From: Amphiscolops sp. MND2022
Lineage: Eukaryota
Length of the DNA: 64,000 bases
Assembly (NCBI GenBank): GCA_964187785.1
Contig: OZ076409.1
Span: 6,450,001 to 6,514,000, forward strand
Reading direction: 5' to 3'
Shown here: piece by piece, positions 46,321 through 59,290 of the stretch
How the letters are laid out: every line of letters starts with the position of its first letter
How positions within the stretch are numbered: the stretch's first letter is position 1
Notes under the pieces: generated by a model
Database searches by the model: none
Told to the model about the DNA's origin: nothing
The model's input: only the letters and a program-made list of their open reading frames with translations
Made by a program: the position numbers and the translations under genes

Positions 46321-49300
46321 GATTATGCCCCAAGTTAATTGTCACACCTCTTTAAAAGTTAAAAAGCGCTTCATGCTGAGACCTCAAATTCATTCTTGAA
46401 ACTTCAATTTTGTAAACTAAATTGTAAAATCAAATTACATTTTGGTCATTCAATTTTTTGCTTTCACTGCCATTATTTTATGGTCTTTCCACGAAACACG
46501 TGCACGGCTAATTATGTAGACATTAGTATAACGTAGTCAATTAGTGCAAACAATGATGAGTTTCGTTGCTATTCCTGAAAAAATGAGCTAGATTTCACAA
46601 AAAAGTTCGAAAAAAAGCATGGCAGCACGAATTTCTACCAAAGTATACCAGTTGCTCCGACCGATGAAGATAAACAAACGAAGCTCAAATGTCAAAGAAC
46701 TGTTGGTATAGCTGTTAATAAGAGGCGATGCTACGGCTTTTAGGACAATACGCCCAATAATTTGAAAGATTTGCATAGAGCAGAAAAAACTAACAAAGAT
46801 ATACGAAAGGACATCCAATTTGAAACAGCAGTGTCACAGGAATTTTCTGGGCTTTCTATCTATACAAAATACAACACAGGCGAAACAATCTGCGCGAGGC
46901 TGTTGAAAAACCCCAAATAGTAAAAATCACATCTCGAAAAATCGATTAGAGTTGTATAATATAGGAAACCGCCGAAGATCTGGTTTTTACTGTGACCTCA
47001 ATCAAAACTTTGACAAGGATAAACTATAAACTTCTGTCGAAAAAACTCTGGAAAGCAATGATTTTTCAACACTATAAGTTATACAGTTTTTGGAGCTTTT
47101 TTCAACCTCTTCAAGTTTTTGACTGGCAAAAACAGGCCGCAGTAAAATTATAGTTGAACAACTCAACAGGAGTGCTTCTTCAATCTTTAATCTTTAGTAT
47201 AACATTGTTTCGGCGAAAAAACTTGTGAAGTGGATTTCAAAAACATTGTGACCAAAATGTTTTATTAGGTTTGGAAAAAGATACTTTTAAGAATACAACT
47301 TTGACAGATGTCATAACCTCCAAGAAAAAAAACAAAAAATCCGAAAAATTGCAATAAGGCACTACCTCCGCTCTAATTTTTATATTGATCTGACAAACAA
47401 CGTTTTCGGAACTGGGCTTAACACTATATAGAAGCGATGTTGAAATACTATTAAAAAAATCTGAAGTTTGCAGCTTTTTAACGAAAGATAGATGACTTCG
47501 TTGCGGAACAAGTTGTTTTAAAAGTTTAGAATTCATAACTCTTCTTCATCCCTCGGTCCAATTAGAAACCGCGGCTAACGATAATCACTTCTCTTCAACT
47601 TTGTAATAAGGCAGCAAACAATAGTGACATTCGTGACGCAACGTGACAACACCAGTAGCTGAACAAATTGGAAGAAAAAGCATTTTTCCGCGAACATCAA
47701 AAAACCCAAGCAGCGAACCTCTAGTGTCGTAATATAAGTTCCTAAAGAGTCAGAAAACCAGAATAACCGTGGCTCTTTTCCACCACTACTGAAAATGACT
47801 CTCAACAGTCCCATGGTACCAAAGAAGTCAACCATAGCGGAAAAATTCAATCACCAGCCTTTTCTATAAATGAAACTTTGAAAATCGTATAATGTATTCT
47901 TTTTTTGGTCTGCGAATTTTTCATCAGAATTTGCTCGATTTGTACGGTGACTAGAATATTTTCCTCCGATATAAACTTTTTTCTCCAGATGACAATCCCA
48001 CATCGAATGCCTTTTTCACAATTTTTTAGTTCAAAAACCTACCAAGACACACCACAAGGTGCACAAAACGTGGGTCACTTTTTCCGACAGGTTCAACATC
48101 GGCAAAAAGTACCCATGTTTTGATTTGATGTTTTCAGGTGAGAAAATTTATTTTTGAACCTAAAACATCCCATCTAAAACGATTTTGAGAATCTGAAAAG
48201 AAACTTCTAATATAATTTCCTTGTTGAATCGGTTGGAAAGTTATTCCTGCATATAAGGCAAATTTTTGTTTACAAATAATGGAAACTTCCGGGAACCTTA
48301 AAGGGAAAAGTTTGTAGGATTATACTGCAGGTTCCACAATTGCAGTGAAATTCGAATTTGTTTCTTCACTGTCCCGATCATTTTGTTTTCTCACATTATT
48401 GTCTTAAGTGTGCAGCTGATGTTATCAACGGAGTCAAATTGCACCACGCTGAGTATGACACCACTTTGAAAATTATAAAGAGACTGAAGTTCATATGCGA
48501 AAATTGGCAGTAAACGTCTCTTGCATTAAACATATTATGGCAAAAAACCTGCGAAAGTGAATTGAGAAATTGCCAATGAAAGGACAAAAGGCCAAGCGGC
48601 TTCAAGTTTACAGATCCATAATCTTTTTGTTTTGAAATTGAAACAGATAAAATTTTCTAGCTCAAACAATGACTGTTGCTCTAGTGTTTCTTTGACTTCT
48701 CCAACACCGAGCGTTCAAAGTTCAAGTTGCTTCTCTTCTCAATGATAAATTTTGATATCAGTTCATGAAACTACCTTTCAGAAAAATTCAATTTGTAAAG
48801 ATATAGTTCTACTTTTAATGTTCGAACTTTTTGATATTCCTGTTTTTGTAGATATCTGAAACAGCCATTATCTTGAGGCTCAGTTGATGTTTTTTGACAT
48901 ACTCGCTTGTTGTCTCTCCTTCTTCAACAAAACGGTGAACATCCCATCCGAACATCTTCCTAATGGAAACAATTCACGAGCCCGTCTCAAATCGGAAAAT
49001 GCTGTGTTTACCTCTGTGTCAAGAAGAAAGACTTTCTAGCTTTCTACCAGCTTTTGGTACCTATTGGTAAAAAAGGTAAAACTATGAATTTCTGGTTTTT
49101 TGGGAATGTGAATGTTAAGACACTTGGAGTTTACTGTCACTTCCACCAGACCAATTGAATTATATTTTGTAAGATGATCGATCTTGGTTTTTCAGAGTGT
49201 CTTGTTGAAACTACTAGACATTTTACATGTTCCTAAGGTGTTCATCATTTTTGTTGATTCTCCGATACCCTTACGGAAACCTTCTTGCAAAACTTTTTTC

Positions 49301-52300
49301 CTGTTGTGGTCGACTTTTATAAAGTTTTATTGGAAATTCGAAACAGCGAGAAGTTGCATTCGCAATCTCTTTTGCCATAGGACGCTGAGACCTCAACAAC
49401 TGTACTGTCAGTTTTCAGCGTTTTTTCCCATTACAACATAAAATGCAAGCTATCGTCTTCTTCTGTCAAAGGTTGAATAATCGAACGAGCTTTAGGACGA
49501 AAGGATTTAAGGCCGACAATCTACAGTCGACATCTACATATTATGGAATCATTACTAGCAGTTGTGAGCAGAACTGAAAAGATTATGCCCCAAGTTAATT
49601 GTCACACCTCTTTAAAGGTTTAAAAGCGCTTCATGCTGAGATTCTCAAATTCATTCTTGAAACTTCAATTTTGTGAACTAAATTGTAAAATCAAATTACA
49701 TTTTGATCATTCTATTTTTGCTTTCACTGCCATTATTTTATATAGTCTTTCCACGAAACACATGCACGGCTAATTATGTAGACATTAGTATAACGTAGTC
49801 AATTAGTGCAGACAATGATGAGTTTCGTTGCTATTCCTGTAATAATGAGCCAGATTTCACAAAAAAGTTCAAAAAAAGCATGGCAGCACGAATTTTTTCC
49901 AAACTATACCAGTTGCTCCGACCGATGAAGATAAACAAACGAAGCTCAAATGTCAAAGAACTGTTGGTATAGCTGTTAATAAGAGGCGATGCTACGGCTT
50001 TTAGGACAATACGCCCAATAATTTGAAAGATTGTTGTATGTATGATTATTGGGCGTAATGTTCTTGGTTGTAATGTCAGGACACCGATGCTACGTATCCA
50101 AGTGATTTATTTCAAAGTATTTGTTTGAGGGAGGACCCTTTGGGATTTTAAAAAAATCTAAAAATCAAGGGATGAAACTTTTCCGAAGTAAACAAGGAAA
50201 AAATGCTCAGTGTTGGAAAAGCCACCTCTGTGTTTTAGGATACGTCCGAAGTTGAACAAGCATTTCACATGTCACTAAAACCAGTACGGACAAATACGGA
50301 TGTTTACTTGCAGTACTACTTGAAGAAATGAATTTCCAGAAACGAAGTTGAACCAAAACATTTTTAATGCTTGCATTTTACTTTAAAGGTTTCGGAATAT
50401 GCGTGCGGCCCTAATACGCAGTAAAAATGCTCAGGAGAAAGCATTGCATAGAGCAGAAAAAACTAACAAAGATATACGAAAGGACATCCAATTTGAAACA
50501 GCAGTGTCACAGGAATTTTCTGGGCTTTCTATCTATACAAAATACAACACAGGCGAAACAATCTGCGCGAGGCTGTTGAAAAACCCCAAATAGTAAAAAT
50601 CACATCTCGAAAAATCGATTAGAGTTGTATAATATAGGAAACCGCCGAAGATCTGGTTTTTACTGTGACCTCAATCAAAACTTTGACAAGGATAAACTAT
50701 AAACTTCTGTCGAAAAAACTCTGGAAAGCAATGATTTTTCAACACTATAAGTTATACAGTTTTTGGAGCTTTTTTCAACCTCTTCAAGTTTTTGACTGGC
50801 AAAAACAGGCCGCAGTAAAATTATAGTTGAACAACTCAACAGGAGTGCTTCTTCAATCTTTAATCTTTAGTATAACATTGTTTCGGCGAAAAAACTTGTG
50901 AAGTGGATTTCAAAAACATTGTGACCAAAATGTTTTATTAGGTTTGGAAAAAGATACTTTTAAGAATACAACTTTGACAGATGTCATAACCTCCAAGAAA
51001 AAAAACAAAAAATCCGAAAAATTGCAATAAGGCACTACCTCCGCTCTAATTTTTATATTGATCTGACAAACAACGTTTTCGGAACTGGGCTTAACACTAT
51101 ATAGAAGCGATGTTGAAATACTATTAAAAAAATCTGAAGTTTGCAGCTTTTTAACGAAAGATAGATGACTTCGTTGCGGAACAAGTTGTTTTAAAAGTTT
51201 AGAATTCATAACTCTTCTTCATCCCTCGGTCCAATTAGAAACCACGGCTAACGATAATCACTTCTCTTCAACTTTGTAATAAGGCAGCAAACAATAGTGA
51301 CATTCGTGACGCAACGTGACAACACCAGTAGCTGAACAAATTGGAAGAAAAAGCATTTTTCCGCGAACATCAAAAAACCCAAGCAGCGAACCTCTAGTGT
51401 CGTAATATAAGTTCCTAAAGAGTCAGAAAACCAGAATAACCGTGGCTCTTTTCCACCACTACTGAAAATGACTCTCAACAGTCCCATGGTACCAAAGAAG
51501 TCAACCATAGCGGAAAAATTCAATCCCCAGCCTTTTCTATAAATGAAACTTTGAAAATCGTATAATGTATTCTTTTTTTGGTCTGCGAATTTTTCATCAG
51601 AATTTGCTCGATTTGTACGGTGACTAGAATATTTTCCTCCGATATAAACTTTTTTCTCCAGATGACAATCCCACATCGAATGCCTTTTTCACAATTTTTT
51701 AGTTCAAAAACCTACCAAGACACACCACAAGGTGCACAAAACGTGGGTCACTTTTTCCGACAGGTTCAACATCGGCAAAAAGTACCCATGTTTTGATTTG
51801 ATGTTTTCAGGTGAGAAAATTTATTTTTGAACCTAAAACATCCCATCTAAAACGATTTTGAGAATCTGAAAAGAAACTTCTAATATAATTTCCTTGTTGA
51901 ATCGGTTGGAAAGTTATTCCTGCATATAAGGCAAATTGTTGTTTACAAATAATGGAAACTTCCGGGAACCTTAAAGGGAAAAGTTTGTAGGATTATACTG
52001 CAGGTTCCACAATTGCAGTGAAATTCGAATTTGTTTCTTCACTGTCCCGATCATTTTGTTTTCTCACATTATTGTCTTAAGTGTGCAGCTGATGTTATCA
52101 ACGGAGTCAAATTGCACCACGCTGAGTATGACACCACTTTGAAAATTATAAAGAGACTGAAGTTCATATGCGAAAATTGGCAGTAAACGTCTCTTGCATT
52201 AAACATATTATGGCAAAAAACCTGAGAAAGTGAATTGAGAAATTGCCAATGAAAGGACAAAAGGCCAAGCGGCTTCAAGTTTACAGATCCATAATCTTTT

Positions 52301-55300
52301 TGTTTTGAAATTGAAACAGATAAAATTTTCTAGCTCAAACAATGACTGTTGCTCTAGTGTTTCTTTGACTTCTCCAACACCGAGCGTTCAAAGTTCAAGT
52401 TGCTTCTCTTCTCAATGATAAATTTTGATATCAGTTCATGAAACTACCTTTCAGAAAAATTCAATTTGTAAAGATATAGTTCTACTTTTAATGTTCGAAC
52501 TTTTTGATATTCCTGTTTTTGTAGATATCTGAAACAGCCATTATCTTGAGGCTCAGTTGATGTTTTTTGACATACTCGCTTGTTGTCTCTCCTTCTTCAA
52601 CAAAACGGTGAACATCCCATCCGAACATCTTCCTAATGGAAACAATTCACGAGCCCGTCTCAAATCGGAAAATGCTGTGTTTACCTCTGTGTCAAGAAGA
52701 AAGACTTTCTAGCTTTCTACCAGCTTTTGGTACCTATTGGTAAAAAAGGTAAAACTATGATTTTCTGGTTTTTTGGGAATGTGAATGTTAAGACACTTGG
52801 AGTTTACTGTCACTTCCACCAGACCAATTGAATTATATTTTGTAAGATGATCGATCTTGGTTTTTCAGAGTGTCTTGTTGAAACTACTAGACATTTTACA
52901 TGTTCCTAAGGTGTTCATCATTTTTGTTGATTCTCCGATACCCTTACGGAAACCTTCTTGCAAAACTTTTTTCCTGTTGTGGTCGACTTTTATAAAGTTT
53001 TATTGGAAATTCGAAACAGCGAGAAGTTGCATTCGCAATCTCTTTTGCCATAGGACGCTGAGACCTCAACAACTGTACTGTCAGTTTTCAGCGTTTTTTC
53101 CCATTACAACATAAAATGCAAGCTATCGTCTTCTTCTGTCAAAGGTTGAATAATCGAACGAGCTTTAGGACGAAAAGATTTAAGGCCGACAATCTACAGT
53201 CGACATCTACATATTATGGAATCATTACTAGCAGTTGTGAGCAGAACTGAAAAGATTATGCCCCAAGTTAATTGTCACACCTCTTTAAAAGTTTAAAAGC
53301 GCTTCATGCTGAGATTCTCAAATTCATTCTTGAAACTTCAATTTTGTGAACTAAATTGTAAAATCAAATTACATTTTGATCATTCTATTTTTGCTTTCAC
53401 TGCCATTATTTTATATAGTCTTTCCACGAAACACATGCACGGCTAATTATGTAGACATTAGTATAACGTAGTCAATTAGTGCAGACAATGATGAGTTTCG
53501 TTGCTATTCCTGTAATAATGAGCCAGATTTCACAAAAAAGTTCAAAAAAAGCATGGCAGCACGAATTTTTTCCAAACTATACCAGTTGCTCCGACCGATG
53601 AAGATAAACAAACGAAGCTCAAATGTCAAAGAACTGTTGGTATAGCTGTTAATAAGAGGCGATGCTACGGCTTTTAGGACAATACGCCCAATAATTTGAA
53701 AGATTGTTGTATGTATGATTATTGGGCGTAATGTTCTTGGTTGTAATGTCAGGACACCGATGCTACGTATCCAAGTGATTTATTTCAAAGTATTTGTTTG
53801 AGGGAGGACCCTTTGGGATTTTAAAAAAATCTAAAAATCAAGGGATGAAACTTTTCCGAAGTAAACAAGGAAAAAATGCTCAGTGTTGGAAAAGCCACCT
53901 CTGTGTTTTAGGATACGTCCGAAGTTGAACAAGCATTTCACATGTCACTAAAACCAGTACGGACAAATACGGATGTTTACTTGCAGTACTACTTGAAGAA
54001 ATGAATTTCCAGAAACGAAGTTGAACCAAAACATTTTTAATGCTTGCATTTTACTTTAAAGGTTTCGGAATATGCGTGCGGCCCTAATACGCAGTAAAAA
54101 TGCTCAGGAGAAAGCATTGCATAGAGCAGAAAAAACTAACAAAGATATACGAAAGGACATCCAATTTGAAACAGCAGTGTCACAGGAATTTTCTGGGCTT
54201 TCTATCTATACAAAATACAACACAGGCGAAACAATCTGCGCGAGGCTGTTGAAAAACCCCAAATAGTAAAAATCACATCTCGAAAAATCGATTAGAGTTG
54301 TATAATATAGGAAACCGCCGAAGATCTGGTTTTTACTGTGACCTCAATCAAAACTTTGACAAGGATAAACTATAAACTTCTGTCGAAAAAACTCTGGAAA
54401 GCAATGATTTTTCAACACTATAAGTTATACAGTTTTTGGAGCTTTTTTCAACCTCTTCAAGTTTTTGACTGGCAAAAACAGGCCGCAGTAAAATTATAGT
54501 TGAACAACTCAACAGGAGTGCTTCTTCAATCTTTAATCTTTAGTATAACATTGTTTCGGCGAAAAAACTTGTGAAGTGGATTTCAAAAACATTGTGACCA
54601 AAATGTTTTATTAGGTTTGGAAAAAGATACTTTTAAGAATACAACTTTGACAGATGTCATAACCTCCAAGAAAAAAAACAAAAAATCCGAAAAATTGCAA
54701 TAAGGCACTACCTCCGCTCTAATTTTTATATTGATCTGACAAACAACGTTTTCGGAACTGGGCTTAACACTATATAGAAGCGATGTTGAAATACTATTAA
54801 AAAAATCTGAAGTTTGCAGCTTTTTAACGAAAGATAGATGACTTCGTTGCGGAACAAGTTGTTTTAAAAGTTTAGAATTCATAACTCTTCTTCATCCCTC
54901 GGTCCAATTAGAAACCGCGGCTAACGATAATCACTTCTCTTCAACTTTGTAATAAGGCAGCAAACAATAGTGACATTCGTGACGCAACGTGACAACACCA
55001 GTAGCTGAACAAATTGGAAGAAAAAGCATTTTTCCGCGAACATCAAAAAACCCAAGCAGCGAACCTCTAGTGTCGTAATATAAGTTCCTAAAGAGTCAGA
55101 AAACCAGAATAACCGTGGCTCTTTTCCACCACTACTGAAAATGACTCTCAACAGTCCCATGGTACCAAAGAAGTCAACCATAGCGGAAAAATTCAATCCC
55201 CAGCCTTTTCTATAAATGAAACTTTGAAAATCGTATAATGTATTCTTTTTTTGGTCTGCGAATTTTTCATCAGAATTTGCTCGATTTGTACGGTGACTAG

Positions 55301-56926
55301 AATATTTTCCTCCGATATAAACTTTTTTCTCCAGATGACAATCCCACATCGAATGCCTTTTTCACAATTTTTTAGTTCAAAAACCTACCAAGACACACCA
55401 CAAGGTGCACAAAACGTGGGTCACTTTTTCCGACAGGTTCAACATCGGCAAAAAGTACCCATGTTTTGATTTGATGTTTTCAGGTGAGAAAATTTATTTT
55501 TGAACCTAAAACATCCCATCTAAAACGATTTTGTGAATCTGAAAAGAAACTTCTAATATAATTTCCTTGTTGAATCGGTTGGAAAGTTATTCCTGCATAT
55601 AAGGCAAATTTTTGTTTACAAATAATGGAAACTTCCGGGAACCTTAAAGGGAAAAGTTTGTAGGATTATACTGCAGGTTCCACAATTGCAGTGAAATTCG
55701 AATTTGTTTCTTCACTGTCCCGATCATTTTGTTTTCTCACATTATTGTCTTAAGTGTGCAGCTGATGTTATCAACGGAGTCAAATTGCACCACGCTGAGT
55801 ATGACACCACTTTGAAAATTATAAAGAGACTGAAGTTCATATGCGAAAATTGGCAGTAAACGTCTCTTGCATTAAACATATTATGGCAAAAAACCTGCGA
55901 AAGTGAATTGAGAAATTGCCAATGAAAGGACAAAAGGCCAAGCGGCTTCAAGTTTACAGATCCATAATCTTTTTGTTTTGAAATTGAAACAGATAAAATT
56001 TTCTAGCTCAAACAATGACTGTTGCTCTAGTGTTTCTTTGACTTCTCCAACACCGAGCGTTCAAAGTTCAAGTTGCGTCTCTTCTCAATGATAAATTTTG
56101 ATATCAGTTCATGAAACTACCTTTCAGAAAAATTCAATTTGTAAAGATATAGTTCTACTTTTAATGTTCGAACTTTTTGATATTCCTGTTTTTGTAGATA
56201 TCTGAAACAGCCATTATCTTGAGGCTCAGTTGATGTTTTTTGACATACTCGCTTGTTGTCTCTCCTTCTTCAACAAAACGGTGAACATCCCATCCGAACA
56301 TCTTCCTAATGGAAACAATTCACGAGCCCGTCTCAAATCGGAAAATGCTGTGTTTACCTCTGTGTCAAGAAGAAAGACTTTCTAGCTTTCTACCAGCTTT
56401 TGGTACCTATTGGTAAAAAAGGTAAAACTATGATTTTCTGGTTTTTTGGGAATGTGAATGTTAAGACACTTGGAGTTTACTGTCACTTCCACCAGACCAA
56501 TTGAATTATATTTTGTAAGATGATCGATCTTGGTTTTTCAGAGTGTCTTGTTGAAACTACTAGACATTTTACATGTTCCTAAGGTGTTCATCATTTTTGT
56601 TGATTCTCCGATACCCTTACGGAAACCTTCTTGCAAAACTTTTTTCCTGTTGTGGTCGACTTTTATAAAGTTTTATTGGAAATTCGAAACAGCGAGAAGT
56701 TGCATTCGCAATCTCTTTTGCCATAGGACGCTGAGACCTCAACATCTGTACTGTCAGTTTTCAGCTGTTTTTCCCATTACAACATAAAATGCAAGCTATC
56801 GTCTTCTTCTGTCAAAGGTTGAATAATCGAACGAGCTTTAGGACGAAAGGATTTAAGGCCGACAATCTACAGTCGACATCTACATATTATGGAATCATTA
56901 CTAGCAGTGGTGAGCAGAATTGAAAA
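46321..56926. repeat. Tandem triplication, 3673-bp period (copies 46321-49580, 49581-53253, 53254-56926)
   Basis: Identical ORFs recur at +3673 (47237/50910/54583 etc.); copy 1 lacks ~412 bp that is present at 50032-50443. Confidence 0.95.
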
Positions 56927-57960
56927 TGGATGTATTCAGAATGAAGCAACGTGGTTTCGGTAGCTGTTCGTATAACAATTGCAAATTCGTTGTCCAATCG
57001 GGTTTGACATCGGCTTTATATTAGTTCTTATTAAAACTCGTTCTGTTATACGAACGGCTACAGTTTTCCTCAACGTGTTGAGAAGCATTAATTTTTTCAG
57101 ACATTACATGAGAAGCCAAAGTGTGAATTGAAAACAAGGTGATCGTGTCGACAACGAAGCGGAACTGTTTTCTGTTTCGATCAAAACGGTGGAAACTGCA
57201 GTGAAATCCTACCAGATTTACCACCGGAAGTTTCCTGAGTCCGAAAAGTTTGTCCTCCATGCAGGCCTGCAGTATGTAAAACGTCCCGGCAGTCTCAACT
57301 AGGGCTAGCTCTTAACTGCTACTAGGCAAAGCATACGAACCAAGTGATTCATGAAGTGATAGCTGCTGGGCGCAGATGTCTCGCACGTGAGCAACGTCGA
57401 AGTTTCTCTCTATCCTGAAATTTTCGAATGAATGAATCTTCTACGCTTTTAGTTTTTTTGCGTCATAAAAATTGTGGAACCCGTCTCTACAAAGATCACC
57501 TAAACTTGAGACCGAAAAGGTCAAAGATACAGACACCAAAAAGAAAAAAGAAGGTTGGAAACTCCAGATTAAATTCTTCGCGACTGAATGCTCGCAACAG
57601 TTTAACAAACATGTACAGAACTTTTGAAGGAACGAGCGAATTTCTGTCCGCTAGTGTTCATTTTTCAAAGGAAACCTAAGTAGAATAATTAAGTTGAAGT
57701 GCTTAACGTACCCAGCGTTTCAAATTTCAAATTCCAACCCTTTCTATCCGAGGCCATAATTTCCTGTTGATACTTACGATGACAGGAAAACATTCCGGGG
57801 ATCTCTGTACAGGACGATGATAGCCAAATCGGGGAACGCTTCCAGGAGCTCTTTGTAAATGTCGCTCTGGAGTTCTGGAGACAGGAATATGAGTCGGATG
57901 CTTTTCACAATCCTCAAATTGGCGGGAGGACACATTTCCCGGAACTGCACGTCTTCAGGG
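56450..57960 (-). pseudogene. Possible highly decayed piggyBac-like transposase remnant
   Basis: Fragments in piggyBac order across stops and frameshifts: SPECF, FSREEF, FENF..AHVRDI, TAGT, TITLFS..VMSEK, FNKN.YKADV..D, FILNTSIFNS. Confidence 0.3.
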
Positions 57961-58264
57961 GCCTGAAATTCGAATTGGTCAAATCACTTCCCTATCTTAT
58001 CAGATCAATAGGAGATCAAATCTATCAATTTTGTGTGAGACACTATCTTCTTGGGCTCAATTTTTTAAAATTAAAAACACTAAATTCCACTAGGAAAATG
58101 CAAACCAATAACTTTCATTTAGAAAAGGCAGTGTGCCTTAAAATATTTTTCAGGTCGTGTGATTCATACTCAATCTAATCACAATGAACATGGAAGATTT
58201 TTGATTTCAGCATATAATTCCATATACATTGCCGCTTGTTCAACATGATTTCAAGACAAAAGGT

Positions 58265-58310
58265 AAAAGATAGAGTCTCAATTCTCTCAGTGGGTGTCCA
58301 TTCGCTGGAC
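58265..58310 (-). pseudogene. Internally deleted fragment of the 7SL 3' end
   Basis: GCGAATGG-ACACCCACTGAGAGAATTGAGACTCTATCTTTT is similar to the 3' end of the adjacent 7SL gene. Confidence 0.65.
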
Positions 58311-58552
58311 ATAATTTAAAGCTTTATGAGTATCTTCACACTTTAACGAATCTTTTTTTTTCGGCATATATGGATTGAATTTCATCAGACACGGAAGGTT
58401 TTGGCTGAGTTTCATTTCAGGTTTCATTCTATTATATCGAACCCTTTTAATTGATCTCTTTTGAAAAGGATTTGAAACATCTAATCATTGTTTTGATTTG
58501 ACCACGATCAATAATTTCCATGAATAATGTTTGATGTCTCAGAAAGAGGATC

Positions 58553-58854
58553 AAAAGATTGGGTTTCGATTCTCCCAGTGGGTGTCGAAGGGTGCCCATT
58601 CGCCGGTGCTATCCAACCAACCACCGCTCCGTGCGGAGACTTTTGCCTGCTGAGTTTCCTCCCTGGGCCGAGTCGCCTCTCATTATCCGCCCTGCACACA
58701 CCACTTGCGCAATGCATCCATGTCGACATAGAGCTCAGTGTGGACACCAGGTCAACATGACCCACCAAACAACACTTGCCCACTGAGAGAATCGATCTCA
58801 CAACCTAGGTCTCCCAAGCAGCTGGGACTACAGGATCGCGCCACAGATCCCGAC
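58553..58854 (-). ncRNA. RN7SL: 7SL (SRP) RNA gene
   Basis: 5' Alu domain GTCGGGATCTGTGGCGCGATCCTGTAGTCCCAGCTGCTTGGGAG; helix 8 GGCCCAGG-GAG-GAAA-CTC-AGCAGG; helix 5 pairing GATTCTCTCAGTGGG/CCCACTGGGAGAATC; ~298 nt ending at a TTTT Pol III terminator. Confidence 0.93.
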
Positions 58855-59290
58855 AAAAAGACAATCACGCCGCCGAATACCAAAGAGAGAAAAACGGCTA
58901 CTCGAATTGAAATCGGAACGGTACTGAAGAAATTTTGATGTTTCTTCATGTAATTGTTTCATGTATTTGCTTGATTGATTTTCTGTTTTTGTTAAAATTA
59001 CTTTTAACATTTGTAAGTGGTGATTGACATTCAAACATGATCACGAAGTAATTGAAGTTTCGAAATTTTTAAAAAAAAAATCAAAACTTTGGACAGACAA
59101 ACAAAATGATTAAACCTGAACACTACTAGGTGAACCAAAAAACAGAACGCACAAAATATTCACTCTTCAAAATCGTAATATTTGTAAACAAGACACTGAT
59201 AATGTTCACTTTCTCAGTCAATCATCCTCTCATTACGTAATCAGATCTTCAACAAAGAATGATTCGAACCTTCAGAAAAGGTCTAGACGT

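Noticed and set aside
47237..56787. Recurrent 60-140 aa ORFs as an amplified gene family
   Set aside because: They recur only because the DNA is triplicated; no domain or splice structure is recognisable.
56805..56835. DYSTFD on the minus strand as RdRp motif A (endogenous RNA virus)
   Set aside because: Flanked by stops, with no motif B (SG..T) or GDD downstream.
58508..58949. Overlapping short ORFs in a GC-rich island
   Set aside because: Explained by the 7SL RNA gene.
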